DNA of 64,000 nucleotides, taken from NCBI GenBank assembly GCA_021613535.1, contig CP075495.1, positions 13,702,001 through 13,766,000 of the forward strand. The letters run 5' to 3'. Origin of the DNA: Adineta vaga. Its lineage: Eukaryota > Animalia > Rotifera. A program made the position numbers and the translations under genes. The notes beneath the pieces are model-generated. The model saw only the letters and a program-made list of their open reading frames with translations, was not told the origin of the DNA and searched no databases. Shown here one piece after another: positions 27,901 through 41,032 of this stretch. How positions within the stretch are numbered: position 1 is the first letter of the stretch; every line of letters starts with the position of its first letter.

Positions 27901-30692
27901 ATTTCTATGAGAAGAACAAAACAGACTGAAAATGCTTAACAAATTATATAGAATATTCATATTAATTTTCGTTTTTCTTTCAAGCAAAATCGATTTAAAT
28001 GATATCAATTACTTGGATAGTTATATTTGTTCAGACTTATCGTTCGAAATTGTTTCAAATATATCGAATTTGAAATGGTATAAGATATGCATGCATAAAT
28101 TATTTTTCTTCTGCTATTAAATATGGAACATGTGCATGATAAAGATGAAAAGAAAGATTGCTATGCTTAATACATTAACAATTTGAGCATGAAGATAAAG
28201 ATTTTTTTCCTTTTTTCTATACTAATAGAGAAATATTTTAATTATTCAATCGACGTTACTTTTCTAAAGATGATTGTTTCTTGGAGAAGAATAAGTTGAA
28301 TTTCATTCAAATATGTATATGTATATTTATTTAGGTATTACTGGTGTATCACGAGATTTCTATCGTGAAGTAATCAAAGTGAATTATGAAGGTTTACGTA
28401 ATTATTATCATACACCAACTGTTCTATTACTGAATAATTTACCTCGACAATTGAATGAATATGATGTTAATGTTACTGAACGATATGTAGTTCCGCTGGA
28501 CAATTTTTTGGCATATGTTCCTGGCTCAGGTACATGTGAAATATTCGTTTCGGGTGATGTTGCAGGACCTTACTTTTTATTGGGTTATGATGAATGGTTA
28601 AATACTGATAATTTAATTCAACGAACAACTTCTCCAGCTGATTCAGGTTTATTTGATTTTGGTATGATGATTTATAATCTTCGATATATGTTACAAGGTA
28701 TGTACTCGATGTAAAAATAAAAGATGATTTGATATAAAAAGGAAATCATTTTTTACGTTTAGGTCATGGTGGTCGAGCTTTTGATCAAGAAAAATTAATG
28801 AAAGTTTTAACATTTGCTAATATGGAATATCTTCGTTTTATGGCTATGTATACAGGTGATAATCCAACAGAACCATGGCGTAAAGGTTCATTCAGTCAAT
28901 TTGGCTTTACAAATGAATCATCTGTCTATTTAACATCATGGGCATTGATGACATTACGTGATGCTGTCTATCCTGAATGGGAAGAAAAAGCGTTATTTAT
29001 TGATCCAAATCTTCGTGCTGATATTGTTGCTTTTCTTTTAACAGTTCAACAACCGAATGGTTCATGGGCTGAATTAACAACCGCTATTGATCGAAATAAA
29101 TTTGGTATTCGTTATACAAATATAAGTGGAACATATCAACAATTGAATTTATCGTTGACAGCACAAGCTTTGATTTCTTTACAATTAAATGTTGATGTAC
29201 GTGGTATTCCAGCAAAATTTCTAACAGGTGCTATCAATCGAGGAAAAATGTGGTTAGAAAGACATTTTCGTTTGATTACTGATGCATTTGATATGGCGAT
29301 TGTAACATACGCATTACATGTAACAAATAGTGCTGAACAAGATTCAGCTTTTGCAATGTTAAATTATTTTAAAAAAATGAGTAAGCTTTGATTAGAATAT
29401 ATAGACTATGATAAAAGTGAATATTTAGATGAAAATGGAATTTATTATTCTAATCTAAATCTGCCGGGTATGACAAAAACATGGAAAAATATTAATCCAA
29501 GGTATGGTCCAAAACCAGTACAAACAGATTTAGAAGCACATGCTGTTTCCGCAACTGCATTTGTTGTTATGACATATACACACAAAGCTCGTGTGAAAGA
29601 TGTCGAACAATCTGGTAAATATTAAAAACGTATAATGAGATATGATCATGAATGAAATCATATTCTATTCTTTAGTCTTATGGATGCAATCAATGCGTAA
29701 TTATATCGGTGGTTGGTCTGGAACATATGATTCCTGTATAGCTCAACGTGCAATTGTTGGTTATGCTGTATTACGTGGTTTTGAAATTACTTCATATAAT
29801 ATTCGAATGAATTTAACTTCTGCAACATCAGTTGATCAACATTATGATCCAATTGTAATTACCGATGAAAATTTAATTGAAACACAAGTTCGCGATGTTG
29901 AAAGAGTTTGGGGTGTTGTTTATATCGATGGTTTTGGTAATGGTTATGCATTGATTCAAGTTTGTATTAGTTAATTACAAAGAATCTTTAAATAAGAATT
30001 TTCTTCTATCTAGATGCATGTAGGTGTAAATGTCGAATTTGATCAATTAATTCGTCGTCCAGAATACGTTCCATTTTCTATTGATGTTCAACCAATGTTA
30101 GCCGGTCGGAATTTTTCAACAATTGATTACAATGTTTGTCTGGGATGGCGTCCACAAAATATTGATGTTTTAAAAGCATCAAGAAGTGGTTCTGTAATGA
30201 TTGAGGTGCAAATTCCCACGGGTTATCGTGTTGAAGAAAGAGATTTGAAAATGATGATTCGTGGTTTATATACACGCAATTTACGTGAAGCAGAAAATTG
30301 GCCTGGTCAAGTGAATTTTGGTTTTGATTATATCGATTTTGATCCGATATGTTTTCAATTTCAAGCTAAACGTTGGATACCTGTTGCTAACATTTCACGT
30401 TATTATGAAGTTCGAGCTTATGAATGGTTTGAACCAGGAAATATGAATCGAAGTGTTTATTCATTAAGAAATCTATTCGCACTAGATATCTGTGAAGTAT
30501 GAAATGAAAAACAAAGAATATTCAAATATAAAAAGGATTAATTTTCTTTTCTCTCTAACTTAGGTTTGTGGTTCTTATCAATGTCCTTACTGTCCATACT
30601 ATAGTCATGGAACATTATCCATTCAATCAACCATGATAATTATTTTTATGCTTTGTATATTATTAGAACTCTATATTATTATTATTACTTAG
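24907..30692 (+). CDS. Mcr: Macroglobulin complement-related protein (Mcr/TEP6-like, alpha-2-macroglobulin/CD109 superfamily), 8 exons
   Basis: Signal peptide; MG domains (PSYIILGPRTVRP, ILIQLDRPVYRHE, VPNVIATWVITA). LDLa module CAQNGLMQCADGSCYPPPLRCNGILNCPDGSDEAKC. No GCGEQ. Ends DICE|VCGSYQCPYCPYYS plus a hydrophobic tail, as in Drosophila Mcr. Confidence 0.88.
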
Positions 30693-31056
30693 ATTTAATC
30701 TACATGATATTCTCACATTCCAATACTCATTTCTTTTGTATGATAGAAATTAATTCATATCTTTTTTGTTTTTTTGTTTATTCATTACATTAATAAGTGA
30801 ATCTCAATACGTACATATTTGATGGAATTTTGTGCAAGAGTATTTCTTTCTATTTGTCCATGCATAAAGTGTGTCATTTGACTGGTTTTTTCGCTCAGCA
30901 AAGTTCTTGAGTGTGTGTGTGTGTATACATTCCACGTTTTTTCTTCTTCTGTGTGCTTTTTTATACACGACTTTTTGCTATATTAATAGACAATTCTTGT
31001 TTTTCTTTTCTAAAATTTAATAAAAACAAATAAAATATGTAGTATGACTTTTAGAT

Positions 31057-33988
31057 ATGAATATTGAACGGGAATTTCCTTTACATGTGGCCATTTGGAA
31101 TAATGATACAGAGAAATTAGCAGAATTAGTTAAAGAAAATAAAGTGAGTGGTTTTTTATTAAATAATATTCAAAATCGATTGTACTTTTCAATGTTCTTT
31201 ACTGTTTACAATGGATGTGTTATGTTTCAGGATCGAATTGAACAACTTGATCCTCGTCATCGAACTCCGTTGCAATTAGCTGTCTGTTTGGGTCGTGTTG
31301 ATGCTGCACGATTATTAGCACAGAATGATGCTGATTGCAATGTTGTTTCGAAAGATGGATGGAATTGTTAGTTTTTTGTTTGTTGTATTAATATATTTCT
31401 ATTGAAAATATGCGTTTGTTTAGTATTACAAGAAGCTATAGCCAATGGTAATCCATCATTAGTCAAATTGATTATGAAATATCGAAATTATCAAAGAAAT
31501 GTTCAACGAATTCGTGGTATACCAGAATTATTACGAAAATTAAAAGAAGTAAGCAACTTTTAGAAAAATATTTTTCTCCTAAACAATGTCCAATATATGT
31601 ATTTTTCGTTTTAGTCGCCAGGTATGTGAAATATGAATTGTTAACGAAAGAAACAATGTTTATTTTAGATTTCTATGTCGAAATGAAATGGGAATTTTCT
31701 AGTTGGGGTAAGAATTTTATTCTAAGTGAAAGATAAAGTCTAAAAGAATGTTGTTGTTTTTGAAGTTCCTCTAGTGTCAAAACTTTGTCCAAATGATACT
31801 TATAAAATTTATAAAAGTGGTAAGCTTATCCATTTTGTAGAATCGTATAAAAAGTAAATTTTCATGTTACATTAAGGTCCTAATGTACGTGTTGATACAA
31901 CATTACTTGGTATTGAAGGTACCAATTGGCAACGAGGCAATCGAACATTTATCTTTTCATTGCTAGGTAAACTATTTTGCTTTTGAAATGTTTATTTGAT
32001 TCCATTTATTTTAGCTGATTGTGCAAAAATGATTGATATTGATCATGAAACTAGATCAGCATATAGTGAAAATTTAAGTATACCTGGCGAAGAAGCTATT
32101 CTTCTTGAACCAAATATGGATCAGATTGATGGAAAACTGATGTCACCAAACCTAACCGGTATAAAAATCGATTATTATTTTTATTGTTTATTCAAATACT
32201 TGTTTGGTTTTTGCTTTAGTCTACCTCGATGTCGATAAAATTGAATTCGAACGGTAAAACTAAAGAAGAAATATTGAATGAATTCATATTTATGATTGAT
32301 ATTTTTAGGAGTAAATCAGGTGTATGGGGAATGCGTAATGAAAAATCCGAAAATATCAATGGTTATCAATGTAGAGTTTATACTGCAAATAATTTTGAAC
32401 TTGTCACACGTACACGTATTGAACATATGTCATCCGATGATCGCAAAGCTTATGAAGCTGGACATGGATCGAATAAGAATTTTCTTGGAGGAGTTTTTAA
32501 TTTTCTTGAATCATCAGCATCATCCTCAAGAACAACAACAACAGCAGCAGCAGCAGCGGCGACAGGAGCAACAGCAAATGTAACAAAATCATCAAATGTA
32601 TAGAAAATTATCTTTGAAATTGTTTTATGTCATTCGATATTCTTTCATTCGTTTTCTTTTAAAGGATCAAGCAAAATCTATTGAGCAAACACCTGTTACA
32701 CTTGAGAATATTTTAACAGTCGTGCTGATTTAAAAAATCGTGATATCGGTCGACCTCGAGAAGAAAATGTTAAAGTTCAAACATTCAATGCTCAATTATC
32801 TCTTTGTGATGATTATCCACTTAGTCTTCAAGAACAAATCTTACCTATTATTGACTTAATGGCAATAAGGTTCATATTCTTAAGAATCTATATAACACTT
32901 TATATTGTCTTCTTTTTCTAGTAATTCTCATTTCAAAAAGTTACGCGATTTTGTCACACTTCAATTACCAAATGGTTTTCCAGTCAAAATTCGTAAGTAG
33001 AAAATAGACGTTCATTTTTATGACTAAAATCAAATAAATAATGAATTTTTTTTCTTCTCCAGAGATTCCACTCTATCATGTTCTAACTGCTAAAGTCACT
33101 TTCGGTAATATTCATGGTATCGATAGAAGTGTTGAAGGTGTTTCGACTATAAAAGAAAATTCGAATTCTTTTTGTGCTGTGGATGAAAATATTTTTGCTG
33201 TACCATCAGGATATCGTCGGCAAGGTTTGTAAATAACAAAGATATTAATTAACATGAAAAATTCTTTATTGTTAGGTGAAGGTGAAGGTTATCATCCAAT
33301 GATGCAGATGGATGATGATGCTTTATTGCAAATGGCGATTGAAAGAAGTCTTCTAGATGGGAATGGAATAATGCCAAATATTGATGAAAGTGTTTCTGCT
33401 GATCAAGTTACATTATATGAAGCATTAGGCCATCCAGGAAATCAAACAAATCGATTAGATACGAATAATCGTTATTTCGATTATGATTTACAACGGTAGA
33501 ACATTGATATATATTTCAAATTTATAACTATTTGATTTAAATTTTTATTGAATTTAGTGCTCTAGAAGCCAGTTTACTAACGTCAGGTTTAAATGAAACA
33601 GAAATGGAAGAATTTCGTAAACAAAATCACGAACAATTAGGAGGTGGTGCTGTAACAGGAGATATATCTGCTATTATGGAATTATCAAAACGTGAAGAAG
33701 AAGCTCGACTCAATCGAATACGCGAAGAAGAAGAAGAACTTGAAAAAGTATATGTCTACCCTTCTAGCTTGTTTAGTTTCCTCCTCATTATCGATCGTTT
33801 CCGTCGAAAGAAAAATAATAAAATAAAGACAACAGAAATCTGAGTATTGTCCTTAGGCATTAATGTCATACCGAGCAAATGTTTTGACTAGAGGGGAATA
33901 TCAACTGTTAATCATTACTCTAATTGAATAAGACGATAAAGTGTTATTTTGAATTTAGGTTCTTAAATTATCACTTCAAGAAAAATAG
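31057..33988 (+). CDS. ANKRD13: Ankyrin repeat domain 13 family protein (ANKRD13A/B/D-like) with C-terminal UIMs; apparent 1-nt frameshift at about 32705
   Basis: [111 protein letters not shown]. UIMs DDDALLQMAIERSL and EEEELEKVLKLSLQEK. Confidence 0.92.
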
Positions 33989-34240
33989 AAGAAACGAAGT
34001 TTTAATCTCTCCTTCGGTCTGGTATGTGCAAGATTCAATGACAATGTGTTTTTTTTCTGTTCCTCAATGATTTTATTTGTAACGTTAAACAAAATGAACA
34101 TCTGTTTTATTTTTTCTAATTTATTTGTCAATTAACATAAATATAAATACATGTAAACATACGCCTAATCAAGAAAAATCAAAAATAAATTAAAGATATG
34201 ATCTCCTTTCTTTTACATTTTCATCTTTCAGATTGTGATC

Positions 34241-34780
34241 ATGTCACCGTCACCAAAAAGTCCTGAAGAAAAAAAACAACCCGACGAAGAAAATCCATCG
34301 AATGATGAATTACCTCATCCACCTTTTCATATGCATCATGAGCATATTGCATCAACTGATGAATCAGCAGCAAATTCTGATAATGATGAACATACTCCCA
34401 ATCAACATATGGAAAATACGAATGGGTATTGTCTTTTACCACAAGAAATAGATATGAATCAACAGGAAGATGAAAATGAAGATGATGAATTTCGTCGTTT
34501 TGCTACATTACGAGTATTATCATCGACTGATGAAGTTCGACCAACTTCAACAACGAATCCGCCAATCGAATCAATTTGGTCAGCAAAACTTGAAAGTGAA
34601 TCATTTCCTGTGGATGATGATAAAGCAAATTATATAAAACAGTTAATGTCCTCCATTAAACTGCCTGAATCAAGTATACCAATGTGGGCACAATATTGTT
34701 CGGAACAAGATTGGCAAGCAAAATTACGCGAGAAAATTATGTGTCGTCAAACAACATTTTTTGTTAATGATAAGCAATAA
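34241..34780 (+). CDS. MEA1: Male-enhanced antigen 1-like protein
   Basis: Acidic N-terminus with NGYCLLPQE. C-terminal FPVDDDKANYIKQLMSSIKLPESSIPMWAQYCSEQDW matches the MEA1 motif (MD...IK..M..I.LP...P.WA..I.E..W). Confidence 0.8.
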   Translation: MSPSPKSPEEKKQPDEENPSNDELPHPPFHMHHEHIASTDESAANSDNDEHTPNQHMENTNGYCLLPQEIDMNQQEDENEDDEFRRFATLRVLSSTDEVRPTSTTNPPIESIWSAKLESESFPVDDDKANYIKQLMSSIKLPESSIPMWAQYCSEQDWQAKLREKIMCRQTTFFVNDKQ

Positions 34781-35786
34781 AATATATATATGTATATAAA
34801 AGAACTGTTCTTTATGTCGATTTTAATTTTAATAAAAAAAAGAAGACAAACTATTAGGTTTAGAAGGATTTCATATACTTTTCATCAGCCATGTAATTTG
34901 TAATATGAGAAATAGAACGAGAAAGAGAGTAAAGGAAGCGAAAAATGCAATTATTTGTCAAAGAAGGAGGATGAAAGAAATATGTGTATAAATACTTAGT
35001 CATTTAGTTCTGTTTTCTTTTATTCGATCTTTTGACGACATACTTGTTCTAATCTTAAATAAAGTTCACAGAAAATATTTGTTTGCATACACATAAATAT
35101 ATATGTATATATAAATACGTACTATCAAACATATATCAACAACAACAAAAACGAATGCCAACGACAAGTACAATAACAACGGTAATAAAAGAAACGAAAG
35201 TCTTTTTTTTGTTGTTGACATCATTGAAATGAAATGTTAGGAAAAATACAGGAAAATAATATCAGTATAATTGTTTTTCATCAAGAGATATGACTACAGC
35301 AAACAAACCATTTATATCTGTGTGTATGTGTGTGTGTGCGTATATAGATCGAAGAAGGCAAAGAAAATAGAAAGAATCTGGAACGTTAGAATAATTGAAT
35401 TGCAGAATCATAATGATGCCATGCATGCAAATAGGTCTCGACTAGCAGCAGAGTATTTACATATCTGTTGATAGTACGTTGAAATTCCCCATGCGATTTG
35501 CGCTTCTCTCTCCTTCTTCTTTTTCTTTTTTTTGACATTGATAAAAAGAATCGACCATTTCCAACGAGAAATTTTTCTCTGTTATTTAGATTATCTATCA
35601 CGAAACGAACGGCAAGCAGACAAACAGATAGAGAAAAATATAGATAGAAATGACGAATCGTTCAAAATTTGCTTATTGAACTCTGAGTAATAGTAGTTCA
35701 TTGGCCTTGAACTAGATTATATTTACTTAGTCATTCTTTCTTTAGGGTTTTTTCTCCTTCGACTCTATTCCTTTAATTGTGTGTGT

Positions 35787-37762
35787 ATGTCTGTTAATGT
35801 GCTTCTAAATGTGATCAAGCGCAAAACTATAATCAACTTTTTGAATTGGATCAATCAAGAACTCTTTTTTTTTTACTTCTAGTCGTCAAGTTTACCACGA
35901 GCATATATTGGAGCACGTCGTAATCGTCAATATATTAACAATTATTTTACATCGTCATCATTATCGAATGACAACGATTCATCGATCGAGAATCAATCAA
36001 ATGCATTTCAATTAAATCAATCGTCGGAAAAAACTGATTTGTCAAATATAGAAATAACAGATACTTTACAAAGACAACAGGAAGAACGAGTTTCACTAGA
36101 GCACCTCTCATCTACAACTTCACCAGACGAACGGCGACTTCATCAACAACAGGAACAGAAAGCAAAAGGTTTTTCGCCGTTGTTGCTGCCACCAGAGCGC
36201 CACCATCATCATCATCATCTTCCTCACTTTTCTTTCCAACTATTCACAACGTTACTCTTTTATCTTACTCTAACCGTTCTCCTCCTTCTTTCTCTCAAGA
36301 AAAGCAGCACTCTTACCATCACCACCTCCCTTCTCATCCGCACGAACAACATTCATACCGGCAACCACTAAGTAGTGAGAATAAAAACAATCAACTTTTG
36401 TTATTAGAAGAATACCAACAGCGCAAAGAAGAACAGCAAAAACACAAACCATCATCGGCAAATTCTCTCTCAATTCATAATCAAAATGTTGAATTAAGCA
36501 ACATACCTGAAGAAAAGAATTCATTTTCGTCGTTATATTCCTTAAGTGACACTATTGTCGAACATAAGGGCAACGATAATAAATCACATTTTTTAACATC
36601 AACACCTATTCTCTCGTCTCTTGCATCTTATCGTTCTACCGCAGACGGCGACCACAAATTTACTTCATTGTCAACTGACAAAAATAGAAATCATAAATCA
36701 TTACCTTTAGCCTTCGATAATTCTCTTCATCAACCATCTACTTCTACATATTCAAACTCATTCACAACTGATTTACCACATATTCAAGAAGATAATATGT
36801 CAACATATCGACGCTCATCATCAACATTACATCCTTATGATCAACGAATAAGTGATCAAGGCAATAAATATATTATTCAACTTAAAACTGATGAATTTCA
36901 AGAAAATGATTTTACTATAACACTACGTTCAACGTCAAATCAAATTGTAATTGATGCTAAACATCGTGAAGAAGATTCATCTGGCGGTTATGTTCATCGT
37001 GAATTACATAAAATTTTTAATATTCCTAAACATATTGATATAAATCGATATGCATATACATATAATATAAATACACAGGAATTAACAATTGAAATGCCAT
37101 ATTTACCAATATCAACAACATCCTTATTAACTTCATCAATTCGTAATTCAACTGAACCTATAACATCTTCATATGAAAATCGAACTCGAACGAATGATGG
37201 AAATTCTTTTTCACCATCATTAACTCGATCAAATTATTCCAATCATAGTAACCATACAAATAATGGTAATTATATGACAACAACTGATTCAACATCATAT
37301 AAAAATTCGAATATACCTATTACTTCAAATTATGAATCATCATCATCGATTGGAAATACAAAACCTTTCGATTTTGATTTATTTCATCGATCAGCATTTC
37401 GACCACAAATTGTTCGAACAACAACAAATGACAACAATAGTACAGAAAAGAAATTACTTATGTCATTAGATTTAAGTGATTATCAAGCTGAAGATATAAA
37501 AGTGACTGTTAAAGAACGTGAATTAATTGTAAATGCAGAACGAAAAATTGAAACTGGTACACGAAAATCTCGTTCATCATTTTTTCAATCAACGAGTTTA
37601 CCACCGCAAACGGATATTGATCATTTACAAACCAATTTTACTAATGGAAGACTAACAATTGAAGCTCCTTATCTTGATCAAACAAATTTGGATCGACGAT
37701 CAAAAACTACTAGCATAACTACGAGTACTACGAATAATAACAATGAAGGATCAAATTGGTAA
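35787..37762 (+). CDS. Small heat-shock protein with two alpha-crystallin domains; N-terminal extent uncertain (alternative start at Met 36797; apparent frame change within 36038-36371)
   Basis: ACD1 KYIIQLKTDEFQENDFTI..IVIDAKHREEDSSGGYVHRELHKIFNIP..ELTIEMP. ACD2 LLMSLDLSDYQAEDIKVTVKERELIVNAERK..FFQSTSLPPQTDIDHLQTNFTNGRLTIEAP. Confidence 0.8.
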
Positions 37763-40700
37763 GAAACATATTTATCATTTCACTTGCTTGTCTTAGTTTC
37801 TTCACAGACGATTTATGTCATTTTTAATCTTTTCACCATGTATTTGCGTGTGTTTCATTGTATATAATGCTTCTTTTTGATTAACGTTTTGTTTGTATAT
37901 ATTATATATCCATAGACTTTAATTCAGTAGCGAATTTAATTCTTATGAGATTCCTATGAATTAAAATAGATTATTGTTTTTTTCTTTCTTTCTTTTCTTT
38001 TTTTGAATAAAATAAGATGATAGACACAATTGTTATATTTAAATATCCGATTTGATCTATTCATATTCTCGTTTTTTTTTGTTTTATTCATCTAAAATAT
38101 TCACGTTTTTCACATCTGCTACTTTGTTTTATATTATTTTTTCTAATAAGAAAATGACTTACATCAAGGTCTAAATTCTTTTCACATTTGAATATCAAAA
38201 GAATAACAAGAAAATCTTCTTTTTCTTCTTGCAAAGCATGTATGACACACTTCAATCTTTAAGTAAACAATCACACAAAGATCGATGTTCCATAAAAAAA
38301 TTCTTTAGTGATTTGATTTAATTTGATTTTGTATGTCTCCTTTGTGTATATCTATACGATATTTTAGGCGACTTGTATCTGAATCACAAGAGAAATCCGA
38401 TAGTGATGATTTATTTCAACATCGAACGGCGACAGTAAAAGAATTTGTTCGCGTTCGTGGACTTCATACTCATTCTTCAACCTGATGTGCAATCAATCAT
38501 ATCAAACATTTATATGTGAATTGAGATAAGCCAAGAAAAAAGATTCAACATGATGTATCTACATATATGTTTCTTCATTCATCTCTTTGCACACAACATA
38601 TTCCGGTGATTACCAATACAATTCTTTTTCTTTTTTCTCTTCTCTAGAAAATACTCAAATCATTTTACTACATATGCACATCATCATTATCATTATCAAT
38701 GATAGCGATATCGATTACAAGCACGAGGAAAAAATTTAGCATAGAAAAGCATTTCTTTTTCAATTGTCTAGATGAATTATAACATGTATAACTCAGATTG
38801 TTTTTTCTTAAATAAATATATATATATATAGGATGGTCGATAAGATCAATCAAGCATGTTGTATTTATTGATCAGATTTATGCCATGCGCTATTCGATTT
38901 GCTAATAGTTGAAAAGTATTGATTGCTTTTACATATGTAATTGATTAGAGATAGTTTCAAGCGTAAATCCGGTTTTCGTTCGACGTTTCGATTTATAATG
39001 GAAGGAATTTTATTTATATGAAACAAAACTTTGAAAAATTACAAAATGTTTTCAGGACGATTACTTCGCTATCATAGAAATGTTAAAATTGTTCGTAAGA
39101 TTTCTAATTTCCAATCATACCTTGATGAGAAAACAATTACTTACTAAGTTCAACTGTATATCGATATAATTATTTAAAATGTTATCTAAGTCATTATTTT
39201 ATTATAATGCGTCCTTTAATAAATTGAATAAACTGAATGCAAAGTCTATTTCGAATATATTAGTATTGTCCAGTAGATAATACCAAAAATAGCCGTCTCT
39301 CAAGACATTGGATCATCAATTGTGAATCTGTATTTGCTAGGGTCTTCACCAATTTTTGTAAAACATTATATAAAGTCACCCTAATCGAAAATCACACAAT
39401 GGTCTATTTGAATTCTTTCTAAATTAAAGAAAAAAACGAATACATTTCAGGCTAATAATATGGATCTTTAAATGCTCCTCACAGGACTAATTAAATTTTA
39501 AAAGAATTTGAAATATCCTTGGATTTATAAAAATAAGCTTTATTATTTTCGTATACAACATTTTGATCAACAATTTTGACTAATTTGAAGTTTATATTTA
39601 CCCAAAATTTGAGCTGCAAATCATCTCTTCAACCATCTCGCAGAACCAAAAGTATATCATCATCTAATGGTTACCTTATACAAAACGTTTCCTGAAACAT
39701 CTTTTTCAGAGCTTCAATATATTTGTCAAGTAATTTATAGAATTCTTTCATGAAAATAAATGAATGACACTTAGCTGACTGTTCACTTAAATAATAAATG
39801 ACACGTTCTGCTCTGTGTACATCTCTATATAAATAGTCCTACGACATATGTTTACTTCTATATACCCTTAATTTCAAAGGAGCTGAGCCTATGGTCCTTT
39901 GAGGTGTAATTTTTTCTGTAGCATAGAGAGTAGTTTGAAAAAGTGTCAAAACTAAAACACAAAATCTCTCAGAAATGAAGAATTTATGAAAGAATAATTT
40001 AAAAGTTCTTTGAACTAACGTATTGCAGTTGATCGTATTGGAAATATGTTACATCGTCAGGTTCCGTATATTTTAAAGTACCTGTATATATTTGCGAGTC
40101 TACATGGAGAGTCCTTTATTATAGATGAACGAAAAGATAAATTAAGAACGACGGAGAGGAACGAAAACGTAAGATATAGATATATATCACACACACGTAG
40201 GTAAATGCATATATGATACATGAAATAAATATGATTTCCTTTGTTCTAACAATTTTGGATGCAAAAAGAAATATTCAGTATAACTATTTACAACTTTAAG
40301 TTCGAATTTCAAAGAACCCAATATAAATTACAATAATTATCCTGAAATAAATGAACTGATATGAAAGATCTTTTATATACATGTCTTTTTGTTGTAAAAG
40401 AAAAGGAAATCGCACTTATTCATCAATAGTAACGTCATTATCGTCGCTGTCTGTTTTATGTAAATTATGTCGATAAGATGTAATTTCTCTTTCAATTGTT
40501 TCTTCTCGAACTGTAATTAAATTTGCTTGAATAGCTTGTTCAATATCCTCATCAACTTCCATATTTCAATTTATTTTGTATGCATTGTAAAATATCATAA
40601 TACAATACAAACAATGATATTTTTTATTTCTTTTCGAAATAATAGATACGAAAACAGTCACATCGATAGTTTTCTTCTTCGAATCATCATTGAATCTATG

Positions 40701-40876
40701 AGAAAATAGAAAAAAGAAAACCTATTCGATGTTAATTTTCTTATAAAAAATTTTCTATCTATTTCTGTATCAAGATTATTTAATGATTTGATGATGACGA
40801 CGACTTCAAATTATTCAAAAGTTTCTCATATTGTGGATCTTTTGTTGAAACAGTACAATAAATCATTTCGATAAAA

Positions 40877-41032
40877 ATGTCCAGAGTTGTGGAAACAACG
40901 AAGGGAAAAAAACAATACATGATTCGAAATGAACGAATTCTTAATTTAATGAACCGATACAAAGAAGGTTCATTGTCGCTAGATGAGTATTTCATTAAAA
41001 TTAGTAAAACAATCGGTAAAGAGTCTCAATGA
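40877..41032 (+). mobile_element. Relic of a Mutator-like (MULE/FLYWCH) transposase gene, 51-aa mini-ORF
   Basis: MSRVVETTKGK resembles the start of FLYWCH-MULE proteins. KQYMIRNERILNLMNRYKEGSLSLDEYFIKISKTIG resembles their C-terminal tail. Similarity judged from memory. Confidence 0.5.

Noticed and set aside
15905-36371. A shared programmed frameshifting or editing system explaining the three 1-nt frame breaks
   Set aside because: The directions differ (+1, -1, -1), there is no common slippery heptamer or downstream structure, and consensus indel error is the simpler explanation.
39853-39905. Small hairpin TCAAAGGA-N13-TCCTTTGA (possible Helitron end or terminator)
   Set aside because: An 8-bp stem is expected by chance in 64 kb, and no CTRR 3' end follows at the right spacing.
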